Of a DNA stretch of 64,000 nucleotides, positions 49,384 to 59,087 are shown one piece after another. Source of the DNA: an uncultured Verrucomicrobiae bacterium. GTDB taxonomy: Bacteria > Verrucomicrobiota > Verrucomicrobiia > Limisphaerales > Palsa-1400. The stretch is taken from NCBI GenBank assembly GCA_963702845.1, contig OY969763.1, positions 3,136,001 to 3,200,000 on the forward strand, given 5' to 3'. The position numbers and the translations under genes were made by a program. Position 1 is the stretch's first letter, and each line of letters opens with the position of its first letter. Below the pieces are notes generated by a model. It saw nothing but the letters and a program-made list of their open reading frames with translations. It did not search any database and had not been told where the DNA came from.

Positions 49384-49437
49384 GACGAACAGCGGGTTGG
49401 TGATATACAACCCACTGTTCGTGGTTAATTGTTAGAC
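49384..49437 (+). repeat. attC-like hairpin element ending in GTTAGAC
   Basis: CGAACAGCGGGTTG...CAACCCACTGTTCG stem, then TTAATT-GTTAGAC; homologous to 53838-53930. Confidence 0.55.
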
Positions 49438-49797
49438 GTGCTATGCTCGATTATTACAGATCCAGTGCAGCTACCGATAATGCTGTTGAGCATAGGCGTT
49501 TTGGGGCTGTTCTCGTTATTCATGGGTCGTAAGTCCCCGAAATCATCATGGCCGACTTGGCTGTTTGTTCCTTTAGCAGCATTTGTATCGCTGCCGCTCG
49601 GAACAGAATCGAAGCCACCTGACCCACTACATCCATTCAACCTCATCGTTATTTCATTGATTTTGTTACGATGGGCGGTCGCGGTTGCTTTGCGCGAACG
49701 AGACAAAAGTTGGACTTTTTATATCATTATGCTTTTCGCGATTCCTTGCCTTGTGTTTCCCGCCGTACAAGGTGTTGTGCATGATTTGTCACGTTGA
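49438..49797 (+). CDS. Small membrane protein
   Basis: Hydrophobic ORF; in-frame GTG directly after GTTAGAC (alternative ATG at 49480). Confidence 0.55.
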   Translation: MLCSIITDPVQLPIMLLSIGVLGLFSLFMGRKSPKSSWPTWLFVPLAAFVSLPLGTESKPPDPLHPFNLIVISLILLRWAVAVALRERDKSWTFYIIMLFAIPCLVFPAVQGVVHDLSR

Positions 49798-49854
49798 TTA
49801 GACAATTGCCACTCGCAACTTCACAAATTCAGGCTAAACTTCCGACTTTGTCTG

Positions 49855-51642
49855 ATGACCACGGTTCATAACATCGCTGCATACAAGTTTGCTCAACTAA
49901 GCGGGCTCAAAGAGCTCCGCGCTGATCTGCTGGCGCTCACGAAACGTTTGTGCCTGAAAGGAACCATCCTGATCAGCAGCGAAGGGATCAACCTCTTCGT
50001 CGCGGGTGGTCCGGACGAAATTGGCGGTCTCCTTGACCAATTGCGAAAAATTCCGGGCCTCGAAACTCTCCAAGTCAAAATCAGCGAAACGACGCATCAG
50101 CCCTTCAACCGCATGCTCGTTCGCATCAAAAAAGAAATCATCGCGTTCGGTGTTCCCGGCATCAACCCTGCCCTGCGCACTTCCCCCAAACTTCAAGCAA
50201 AGCAACTCAAGCAGTGGCTCGATGAAGGACGTCCCGTCACTTTACTCGACACACGAAACGATTATGAGGTGAAGCTGGGCACATTCGAAAATGCGCTGCC
50301 AATCGGCATCGATCACTTTCGCGATTTTCCATCGGCCGTGGCAAAATTGCCTGCGGAATTGAAACAGCAGCCCATCGTCATGTTTTGCACCGGCGGCATC
50401 CGTTGCGAAAAGGCCGGGCCTTATATGGAATCACAGGGCTTCAAGAACATCTTTCAGCTCGAAGGCGGTATTCTGAAATATTTCGAGGAATGCGGCGGCG
50501 CTCATTACAACGGCGAATGTTTTGTTTTTGATCAACGCGTCGGTGTCGATCCGAACCTGCATGAAACGGAAAGCACCCAGTGCTTTAATTGCCTTACGCC
50601 GCTCACGCAAGCTGAACAGGAGGATGAACGTTACGTAGCGGGAAACTCTTGTCCTTATTGCTTCAAAACGACCGTGGAACAGGCGGCTTTGAACCTCAGT
50701 CGAAGCCAGGAGAAAATTCGGCTGGCCGCCACGCCGTTGCCCGGCAGTGTCGCCTACGATAATTTTCGTCCGATCACCGTCCCCACCGAATGCGATGGCA
50801 ATTCTGTGATCGATTTTCTCACGACCACTCTCAAGCATCTCAAGGCCTCCAAATGGGTGAACCTTGCCGAAAAAGGACTTCTTCTCGGCCCTGATCGGAC
50901 GCCTGTCGCGCTCACTCACCGGGTCAGCGCCGGTGAACGTTATTTGGAAAAACTCCCAGCCATGGTCGAGCCGGATGTGAACCCGAACATTACCATCCTG
51001 CACGAAGACGAAGCGCTCCTGGTGCTCAATAAACCGGCTCCTCTGCCCATGCATGCTGGCGGTCGTTACAATCGAAACACGCTCTGGTACATTCTCAACA
51101 TTGCCTACCACCCGCAAAAACCGCATCCGGCCCACCGGCTCGATGCTAATACAACAGGCCTGGTGCTGGTCCCTCGCACACGTCATTTCGCGAAGCTGCT
51201 TCAGCCGCAATTCCAGCGTGGCAAAATAAAGAAGACATACCTTGCTCAAGTGCAAGGCACGCCCGCTGACGATACGTTTGTTTGCGAAGCGCCCATCAGC
51301 CTTGAAGCAGGTAAAGCTGGCTCGCGCGATGTCGATCACGAAAACGGATGCGCCGCCCGAACGGAGTTTAAAGTTCTGAAGCGCCACACAGATGGCACAA
51401 CGCTGCTTGAAGTCAATCCTGTGACCGGACGGACCAATCAGATTCGTATCCATCTTTGGGAACTTGGGTTTCCGATCTGCGGAGATCCTGTTTACCTGGC
51501 CGGCAAGCAGCTTGGCACAACTCAAACGTTGGCTGTCACCGATGCGCCACTTTGCTTGCACGCGTGGAAGTTGGAATTCACGCACCCGCTCACCAAAGAA
51601 CCTATGGCGTTGGTTGCTCCTGAGCCGGGTTGGCTACAGTAA
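49855..51642 (+). CDS. trhO: Fusion of TrhO/UPF0176 rhodanese tRNA U34 hydroxylase and RluA-family pseudouridine synthase
   Basis: LKGTILISSEGIN, LDTRNDYE, FCTGGIRCEKA, QLEGGILKY, CFVFDQR; then [36 protein letters not shown]. Confidence 0.88.
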   Translation: MTTVHNIAAYKFAQLSGLKELRADLLALTKRLCLKGTILISSEGINLFVAGGPDEIGGLLDQLRKIPGLETLQVKISETTHQPFNRMLVRIKKEIIAFGVPGINPALRTSPKLQAKQLKQWLDEGRPVTLLDTRNDYEVKLGTFENALPIGIDHFRDFPSAVAKLPAELKQQPIVMFCTGGIRCEKAGPYMESQGFKNIFQLEGGILKYFEECGGAHYNGECFVFDQRVGVDPNLHETESTQCFNCLTPLTQAEQEDERYVAGNSCPYCFKTTVEQAALNLSRSQEKIRLAATPLPGSVAYDNFRPITVPTECDGNSVIDFLTTTLKHLKASKWVNLAEKGLLLGPDRTPVALTHRVSAGERYLEKLPAMVEPDVNPNITILHEDEALLVLNKPAPLPMHAGGRYNRNTLWYILNIAYHPQKPHPAHRLDANTTGLVLVPRTRHFAKLLQPQFQRGKIKKTYLAQVQGTPADDTFVCEAPISLEAGKAGSRDVDHENGCAARTEFKVLKRHTDGTTLLEVNPVTGRTNQIRIHLWELGFPICGDPVYLAGKQLGTTQTLAVTDAPLCLHAWKLEFTHPLTKEPMALVAPEPGWLQ

Positions 51643-51713
51643 CTCGCGCTTGACGCTTTTCTATCCTGTAGCAGCCGAGGTGACGATTATTTAGCTAGTC
51701 CGCGAGTAGATCC

Positions 51714-52529
51714 CTACTTTGATTGATTGACGTCGGCATTAGAGTCCAATTCGTCCTGCCCATCTGAGTGTTTTTGAGTGCTCCAATTGACAAAACTGGA
51801 AAGGCCCTCCAAGTCAGGAAAAAGCGTTTTGCGACTAACGCCGACTGAGCTCAATTGGCGTTGAAGAATTTGCTTCAGCTTCGCAGGAATCTGAATAGCT
51901 ACCAAATTCTCAGTTAGACCTTCTGTCTCCATTGCCTTTTGCTCCGGAGTAAGTTGCCCCATGATAAGTTGCTGCTTTGGGAACGGGTGATAAGTGAACG
52001 TACTGCTTTGGGCGACGACTCGGCGGTCGAACGGACTAGGTTGCAATTTGGCAACGACACTAACGCCCTCGAGTGATATTTTATCATGTTCGATTACAAG
52101 CCAAGGGTTGTGACAGACTACAACTCCATCTAGATGTAAATTGTTCTCAACTGCAAAGAACAACGCCACCAAGGGATTGGTTGTCCAATCGAGCAGTCTA
52201 GTTGCCAGTCCGTAATGCTGAGCAAAGGCAAGACACTCAAAATCGTTCGACGGGAGTTTATCACAATAGGCTATCGCATTTCTTCGCCATTCCCGAAATC
52301 TGCCAAGATCATTAGAGTCTTGTCCCTTTTCTCTCCAGTAATCATTTGCCACACTAAAGTACTCGGGTCGCCCAGCCTTTGGCAAAAGAGGCCATTCGCT
52401 TAAACCTTTCGTTTGACCACGGAATATCCAACCCATTTCGTTCCAATATTGGCCAGCTATCGCGATAAAGTGTGGCAGCCCTATAAGTTGATACGGTAGA
52501 GCAATAGGTTGATCTAATTTATCTGTCAC
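51714..52529 (-). CDS. FRG domain protein (lower GC than its neighbours)
   Basis: WIFRGQ, AQHYGLATRLLDWTTNPLVALFFA, RVVAQSSTF, LFPDLEG. Confidence 0.92.
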   Translation of the reverse strand: MTDKLDQPIALPYQLIGLPHFIAIAGQYWNEMGWIFRGQTKGLSEWPLLPKAGRPEYFSVANDYWREKGQDSNDLGRFREWRRNAIAYCDKLPSNDFECLAFAQHYGLATRLLDWTTNPLVALFFAVENNLHLDGVVVCHNPWLVIEHDKISLEGVSVVAKLQPSPFDRRVVAQSSTFTYHPFPKQQLIMGQLTPEQKAMETEGLTENLVAIQIPAKLKQILQRQLSSVGVSRKTLFPDLEGLSSFVNWSTQKHSDGQDELDSNADVNQSK

Positions 52530-52690
52530 GGGTTAGTTGTTAGAAGAATAAAACGCTCGCGTCAATAAATCGCGCTTGACGATTTTTCCTGCCTTTGGCA
52601 CACACGCGGCGTCCCCATGAATCTGTGTGAGTCCAGACAACTCATGGGCTGGGGAATCGGAATCAGTCCGGCAATCGGCTTCACTCTTCC

Positions 52691-52797
52691 CAATCCCAAA
52701 GGGATTGCGCCCTCCAGCCCAAGGTTGAGGAGGGCAGCGGGGCTCTACCTTGGGATCGATGTCACGAAATTCGTTGCAACCTCGAAGAGGTTGCGGC
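52691..52797 (-). repeat. REP-like left flank of tnpA
   Basis: Hairpins CAATCCCAAAGGGATTG and CAACCTCGAAGAGGTTG; inverted relative to 53277-53386. Confidence 0.85.
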
Positions 52798-52808
52798 ACA
52801 CAACGCGC

Positions 52809-53264
52809 ATGCCACAGGCTCTCTCGGCGGTTTATATTCACGTGGTGTTCTCGACAAAAGAGCGACGTCCATTTCTCCGCAACGCTCAAATGCGGCATTC
52901 ATTGTACGAGTATTTGGGTGGCGTTACCAAAACATTGGAGTGTCCGCCGATTATTATAGGAGGGGTGGAGGACCATGTTCATCTGCTCTGCTGTTTCGGA
53001 CGGACAATTACGCAGGCAGAGTGGATAAAAGAACTCAAGCGCGTCTCCAATGCGTGGATCAAATGCCAAGGCCGAGCGTATGAGGATTTTGCATGGCAGG
53101 GTGGCTATGCGGACTTTTCGGTCAGCCAGTCGAATTTGGAAAAGGTGGAGGCGTATATCGCAGGACAAGACGAACATCACCGGACAATGAGTTTTCAGGA
53201 TGAGGTGCGAGCGATGTTGCGCAGGCACAAGCTTGAATTTGACGAGAGGTATCTCTGGGATTGA
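52809..53264 (+). mobile_element. tnpA: IS200/IS605-family (Y1 HUH) transposase TnpA, REP-associated
   Basis: YIHVVFSTKER, EDHVHLL (HUH), FAWQGGYADFSVS, YIAGQDEHH (catalytic Tyr); no tnpB. Confidence 0.92.
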
Positions 53265-53276
53265 TGACGGGATGGG

Positions 53277-53386
53277 GCCGCAACCTCTTCGAGGTTGGAT
53301 GTTATTATCGTCGTTTGTTCCCAGGGTTGGCCCCTGTTCGCCCCCCAGCCAACCCTGGGCTGGAGGTCGCAACCTCTTTGAGGTTG
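53277..53386 (+). repeat. REP-like right flank of tnpA
   Basis: GCCGCAACCTCTTCGAGGTTG is the exact reverse complement of 52777-52797; CCCAGGGTTGG...CCAACCCTGGG stem. Confidence 0.85.
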
Positions 53387-53398
53387 TTGGGCAACGCG

Positions 53399-53596
53399 GA
53401 TGGAACGACGCTGCTTGAAGTCATTCCTGTGACCGGCCGCACCAATCAGATCCGCATCCATCTTTGGGAACTCGGATTTCCGATTTTGCGGCGACCCCGC
53501 GTATCAGCCCAGCAAAGAGCTTGGCACAACACAAACTCTCCCCGTCATCGCCTCGCCGCTGTGCCTAACACGCATGGAAGTTGGAATTCACGCACC
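53399..53596 (+). pseudogene. Diverged duplicate of the 3' part (51391-51586) of the RluA domain
   Basis: [29 protein letters not shown] followed by two 1-nt insertions; ends GGAAGTTGGAATTCACGCACC. Confidence 0.85.
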
Positions 53597-53601
53597 GCCC
53601 T

Positions 53602-53705
53602 ACCCCTTCCAGGGGGTTACAGCCGTCAGGCCGTCAGGGATGTTGATGGTCAATCGGTTGGGATGTAAACGAGCCGTCATGCTGACGGCAGGCACCCGTC
53701 AGGTT
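53602..53705. repeat. CCGTCAGG multi-box element, copy 2
   Basis: Boxes at 53623, 53631, 53674/53683 and 53696; spacing identical to copy 1. Confidence 0.82.
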
Positions 53706-53837
53706 TCCTTCCGCAGTCACCGAAACCCTTTCCGTGACCACCCAAAGGACTTCCGCGACCACGACAACGCAGCCACGGAAACTTCCGCCGTGGTCATCCC
53801 CCTCCCTTTCCGCTGTCAAAAAAACGTGAGGAATCTT

Positions 53838-53930
53838 GATGAATGGCGGGGTGGGGATTTACAGCCCACTGTTCGCAGAAAAAACTATCCGAACACATGT
53901 CGTAAATTTGCCGTATATTAATTGTTAGAT
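53838..53930 (+). repeat. attC-like element ending in GTTAGAT
   Basis: Shares CCCACTGTTCG and TTAATTGTTAGA with 49384-49437. Confidence 0.55.
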
Positions 53931-53947
53931 CGCAATCGAGGTAGCAC

Positions 53948-54394
53948 ATGGACATAGCAATTATTGGCGCCCTTTCAGCAGTCTTGGGATCAATCGTTGG
54001 TGGCGCGGCATCGATATCTACTGCTTGGCTTACCCAACGCTCGCAAAGCAAACGAGAATCCATGATTTCGGAGATAAGGCGGCGCGAGCAGGTCTATGCT
54101 GAGTTTATCCAAGAATGCTCTCGACTGGCAATGGATGCACTAGACAGCACTCTGGATAAACCAAACCTACTGATACAGGTCTATGCAATCCATCATCGAA
54201 TTCGTCTCGTATCGACAGATGCTGTGTCGGGCGCTTCAGCGGAGACCATAAAATTGATCATCGCTCGATACCAGCAACCCAAGATGACATTGGAACAGAT
54301 GCGCAAGCACCCCGACTCAGAGCTCTACGACCCGTTACGCGCTTTTAGCAACGCCTGCAGAGAGGAATTACAGGCCCTACACCGTGCGCTCTAA
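53948..54394 (+). CDS. Hypothetical protein with N-terminal TM and helical domain (cassette-like)
   Basis: GAGG RBS, 148 aa; its stop lies in CTCTAAC. Confidence 0.75.
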   Translation: MDIAIIGALSAVLGSIVGGAASISTAWLTQRSQSKRESMISEIRRREQVYAEFIQECSRLAMDALDSTLDKPNLLIQVYAIHHRIRLVSTDAVSGASAETIKLIIARYQQPKMTLEQMRKHPDSELYDPLRAFSNACREELQALHRAL

Positions 54395-54421
54395 CCATGC
54401 GCTGAGCTTGGGTTGTTAGGG
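54389..54421 (+). other. Collapsed attC-like site
   Basis: CTCTAAC-CATGCGCTGAGCTTGGGTT-GTTAGGG: R'' and R' cores present but only 33 bp long. Confidence 0.55.
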
Positions 54422-54440
54422 AGCCTCTCCCTGCCTGGGA

Positions 54441-55487
54441 TCAAGACGCGCCATGTTTGCGCCGACGCGGCAGATGGCGGACGTGCCCGAAACTGACCAG
54501 CTTGCGGCGTTGTTCATCCCACAGCCGAAACGTGAACGACTTTAAGCTGCCCCAAAAGGTGACCGGCTTGACGCTTTGAAAAAGCGGATGCGCCCGGTGG
54601 CATCGCTCCAGGTTGTAATTGGGGATGCGCGCGCTCAAGTGATGGATGTGGTGATAGCCGATGTTGCCGGAGAACCATTGGAGTATCTTCGGCAATTTGT
54701 AGAAGGAACTGCCCTGCAATGCCGCCGTCGTGTAATCCCAGTCAGCGCTGCGTTCCCAGTAAACGCCTTCGAACTGATGCTGGACGTAGAAGAGCCAAAC
54801 CCCGACCGACCCGCCCACCGCCATCACGATCAGTTGCAGCAAGAGATAATGTTTGATGCCGAATATGGCGCTTAACCCCACCGCCATCGCCAGCAGCGCC
54901 AGGTTCATCCAATAGACCGACCATCGTTCGCGCTCGCTCGCGCCGGAGGTGGTAAAGCGGTTTCCGATCAGGAACAAATAGAACGGGCCCAGCCCGAACA
55001 GAACGAATGGATTGCGCGCCAGTCGATACGCGAAACGTTTCCACGGTCCCGACTCCAGATATTCCTGCACCGTCATCGTCCAGACATCGCCCGTGCCGCG
55101 TTTATCGAGATGGCCGGAAGTCGCGTGGTGAATCGAGTGTTCCCAGCGCCAGTGAAAGTAGGGCGTCAACGTCAGCATGCCGGTGAAGAAGCCGACGATG
55201 TCATTGGCCGTGCGCGATTTAAAATAGGACCCGTGCCCGCAGTCGTGGAAGATAATAAAAATCCGCACCATAAACAGCCCGGCTAAAATCGCCAGCGGCA
55301 GGGTCAACCACCACGACACTTGCAAAGTGAAATACATCAAATACCAGAGCGCCGCATAAGGGACCAGCGTGTTGATCATCTGCCACACCGCGCGTCCGAG
55401 GGAGGGTTTCTGATATTGCGCGACCATTGCCTTCCATTGGCTCGTATCAGGCGCGGGGTTATTTGCCGTCGAATCCGGAGTTTTCAT
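54441..55487 (-). CDS. Membrane fatty acid desaturase (Des-like)
   Basis: His boxes HDCGH, HSIHH and HHIHH; WLFYVQHQFE. Confidence 0.92.
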   Translation of the reverse strand: MKTPDSTANNPAPDTSQWKAMVAQYQKPSLGRAVWQMINTLVPYAALWYLMYFTLQVSWWLTLPLAILAGLFMVRIFIIFHDCGHGSYFKSRTANDIVGFFTGMLTLTPYFHWRWEHSIHHATSGHLDKRGTGDVWTMTVQEYLESGPWKRFAYRLARNPFVLFGLGPFYLFLIGNRFTTSGASERERWSVYWMNLALLAMAVGLSAIFGIKHYLLLQLIVMAVGGSVGVWLFYVQHQFEGVYWERSADWDYTTAALQGSSFYKLPKILQWFSGNIGYHHIHHLSARIPNYNLERCHRAHPLFQSVKPVTFWGSLKSFTFRLWDEQRRKLVSFGHVRHLPRRRKHGAS

Positions 55488-55573
55488 AGGATACCACTAT
55501 GAATGTAAGGCCGTTTTCACTTTTGGCCTATGAGGTGTTTCACGCGATGCAGAATAGCCTCGTAGAAGCAGAA

Positions 55574-55619
55574 CGGCATCTGCGTGGAAGCCTTGCGGCT
55601 GAACCATTCGCAGATGCCG
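55574..55619. terminator. Stem-loop downstream of the large exoprotein gene
   Basis: CGGCATCTGCG...CGCAGATGCCG; weak U-tract. Confidence 0.45.
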
Positions 55620-55667
55620 AAATTGCACTGGCGCGACTACGCGAGCAACGCTCGCAAGGGCGCTAGT

Positions 55668-58600
55668 TTAATGCTTCAAACGATAGTAGGCAGCGCCGTT
55701 GATCGGCACGCTCACCTGATATTCGTTTCCAACGACTGTTGCGCCTCCAACCGTGTTCCATGAAACCTGATTGACCGCTGTCGCGGTTTCGAGATTGAAA
55801 CCAACGACGCTCGAAGGCCAGGCGAGGACGATATTGTTGCCGGAGATGAATGCGCGCATTGTCGGAGACGGTGACACACAGATGTTCTGGGCCGTTGCGC
55901 TATTGCGCGGGCTCACAGGCGCGGAGGTGAAGTCCGCGGCATTGTCACCTGTATCCACACAACCGGCACTGGCGCGGAACATGGCATTGGCGTTTGCCGT
56001 GGTCCAATTCACTGGAGCACTACCTTCATACGCAGTCGTGCCCGTGCCGTAACCAACGAAATCCATCACAAACGAAGTGGCCAACGGGCTTGCACCCGCC
56101 AACGGGGATTCGCTATTGCACAACGCTATCTTGCCGGCGCCTTGCGCCGGATTGATTGCAGCGAGTGTAAAATCCGGGCTTGCCGGCAACGCGGCGCCCG
56201 TCGTTCCATTTGTGCTCAGTACGACGAGGTAGTAACGATATGCCGGGACTGTGACGTTCGGCAGGTTGCCGGCGGCCCAAGTAGAACCAGTCGACGACGC
56301 ATACTGCAACGACCAGTTATTCAAGCTGACGGGGTTTGCCGAGTGATTGAACAACTCGACGAACTTGCTGCTGTATGTCGCTCCTGCATTGCCGCCACCG
56401 GGATAAACCTGGCTGATGACAAGGCCATTGGTCGCGGGCGCGCCGACGGTCAACAGGAACGTGGTCGTGTTAGCGTTACCGGCTGAGTCGGAAACATTCA
56501 CGGAAATGTTCGCAAAGCCTTGCTGACCCGCTACAGGAACAACCGTTACCGTCCGATTGGTTCCGCTACCACCGAATGTAATACTGCCATTGGCAACGAG
56601 CGATTGATTATCGGACGAACCGCCATAAGTGCAGGTATCTGGCGATACCGATTTGTCCGTGACAATAAACGGAATAGGCCCCGTCGAGGTGCTGACCGGC
56701 GTGGTGCGATTCGCGATCGAATTGACAATGAGCGCAGGCGCCACATCGGCAAACGCGGTACTGACCACCATGTTATCGATGTATTCGATACCTTCGCCGG
56801 CTATGCCTTCGCGAAGTGCGATGTGATCAATTTCCTGCGGCGGCGTGCCATCGGCTGCGGTGACGCTGGCGCTGCTTTCAGAGGTTGGATTGATCCAAAG
56901 CGTCGTTGAAGCACTACCGACGATGTATCGGACGACGACATAATACGAACTGTTCAAACTGGAGATCCTGGGGGAAGTCAATATTCGGAGCAGAACCGCC
57001 GTTGGCAATACCAACACGATATTTGCCCGGCGCGGCGTTACCGCTGGAAACGAATGCTTTCGCTTTGAAACCCGAAGTCGTCGTGTCTTTCAACAACGCG
57101 AAGTAATCGCCAGCAGCACCTGGCAGTTTACCTAAGGTGAGCTTGAAGCCGTAATAGAGGATCGAACCATCGTTGGTGCCAAACGGTATATGAGCCAGTG
57201 GCGCATAAATATCTTCTGAATTCGTCTCGTTGATAATCGCCACCTTGTTGCTGACGATTAATTGATAGAGCGTCCCACTGAATTGGAACCATGGGCTGCT
57301 CGCTGACTGAGACAAAGCGGTGTTATCAGGATATGCATCAAAATTATCCGAGAACAGCAAACCGTACTGCGGCGCGACGTCGAATGTGAACGTGTTTGTC
57401 ACAGGTACTGTTGCCAGTCCCGCTGTTATTATCGCTGCACGTAACCGTAATCGTAGTAAGACCTGTTTGCCCGGGTTGTGGCGTGACGGTCAATGTCCGG
57501 TTGGTGCCGCTGGCATCGCTCGTCAAAGCCAACGCAGAGGGTGTACTGGGCACCAGCGTTGGGTTGGAGGAAGTGGCAACAACGGCTAGCGCTGTCGCCG
57601 CCGACTCGTGGTCTGACACTTGAAAGGTTACGACTTTCGGTGCATCACCAACGTGCGCGAGTTGAGACGGAATCTGCGAGATAGAAGGCGCACCAACAAA
57701 CACCGTAAACGTCACGGTGTTCGTAGCTTTACCAGGGTTGGATGCTGAGACTTGGATAACGGCGGGACCTTGACGGTTACTAAGAGGGGTAATCTTTAAA
57801 GAACGCTGCGATGGGTCCGTGGCATTGGTTGTAATGACCACTCCGCTGTTCGCAACCACCGTCGAACTTAAAGAGATGGCGGTAGTGCCAATGGTGCTGG
57901 CCGGATTATGATCATCAGTGACGACAAAAGGAATAGTCAAAGCGACATTCCTTGGCGTGTCGGCTCGACTTAAAGGCAGACCACTGATGCTTGGCGGGGT
58001 GTTCGTGCCCGCCACGTCGGTAAATAAAGTCCCAATCTTCAGGTTACCGGCGCGCACAACCCCCGGAAAACTGCTGCCGACCTGGCGAAACGCGAAATAG
58101 CTCAAGTCAACGGCATTGCCGGGACCCGGCACGGAAACGCTTGCGTCGCCCTCTTGATTCGGATTAATCCACATCTGCGAGTTGCCATCGTTGACGCCAA
58201 CGCGCAGGACGATCGTGTAAGCGGTATTGGTGGACAGCGGCGTCGAATTGACAACGTATTCAGAGTTCGTGAAGCTGCCGCCGGTTGCCGTTAGCCCGAG
58301 CAAAAGCTTTCCGCTCGGTGCGCCGTTGGTATAGGCAAATACACGGCAGCGGAAACCATTGGTTTGCGCCGCATTGGCGGACGTATCTTTGAAATGCGCA
58401 AAATAGTTTGCGGTCAGTGAGTTTGTGTCGCCAGGCAACGATTCAAAATTGAGCACCATGCTCGCGTAAAGCGCACCGACCAGGGGATTACCGGTAGCGG
58501 TTCCGTTATAAGGGCTGTTGGGAAACAGCACGCTGCAATCTTCCGCGTTTGCGAACACGATGCGGTCGGATTGGTTGGTGACAGTCTGCGGGCCTGAACC

Positions 58601-58747
58601 GCCGCCAGAGTGGGCAGTCCATCCAGGTTCATTGCCGATCAGCGAGCCGTCAGGATAGGCGAAAGGCTCTGTCAGCACGACAGCACCATGCGCTATAACA
58701 GCACAGAAAAGAGACGACAAAAGAATGAGTTTTTTCATGCGATTCAT
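55668..58747 (-). CDS. Large secreted multidomain protein (repeated lectin-like and Ig/cadherin-like domains, lamin-tail domain, C-terminal ...YYR domain), split by two frameshifts (~57410, ~56965)
   Basis: ORFs 57344-58747, 56914-57402 and 55668-57017 join; repeated YFAxxKDT...LWINP and GTNRTLTVTP units; LTD motif LVISQVYPGGGN...FVELFN...WSLQYAS. Confidence 0.8.
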
Positions 58748-59040
58748 GCGGGGTCTGAGTCAGTGTAATGATGTCTACCGAAGTCTTTACCTCTAAATAT
58801 TATTCCACGAATTCTATTAGAATCTCTGAAATAGGTCTAGCCCGATTTAGCACCTTGAGCGAGTTTTCGGCGTTTCTTTGACGGAAGTCCATGTTGCATC
58901 TGACGTTCTTAAATCGCCGATTCGTGCGCAAAAAAACAGCTAATCATCAAGCTCGTCAATGATTATACCATAAAGTAGCTACGCGGCAATCTAAAGTAGT
59001 AACGCTCAACTGAACGACTATCAGCAATGACAGCATAACA

Positions 59041-59071
59041 AAAAAGGCGTCCCGCTTTTGCGGGACGCCTT
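59041..59071 (-). terminator. Rho-independent terminator
   Basis: AAGGCGTCCCGC-TTTT-GCGGGACGCCTT with the U-tract on the minus strand. Confidence 0.8.
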
Positions 59072-59087
59072 GTGAATCAATTTCTAA

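Noticed and set aside
31920..51690. Single short REP-like fragments (31923-31975, 36155-36210, 37724-37752, 40283-40312, 51657-51676)
   Set aside because: They resemble repeat families I associate with PVC genomes, but each occurs once here, so repetition cannot be shown from this window.
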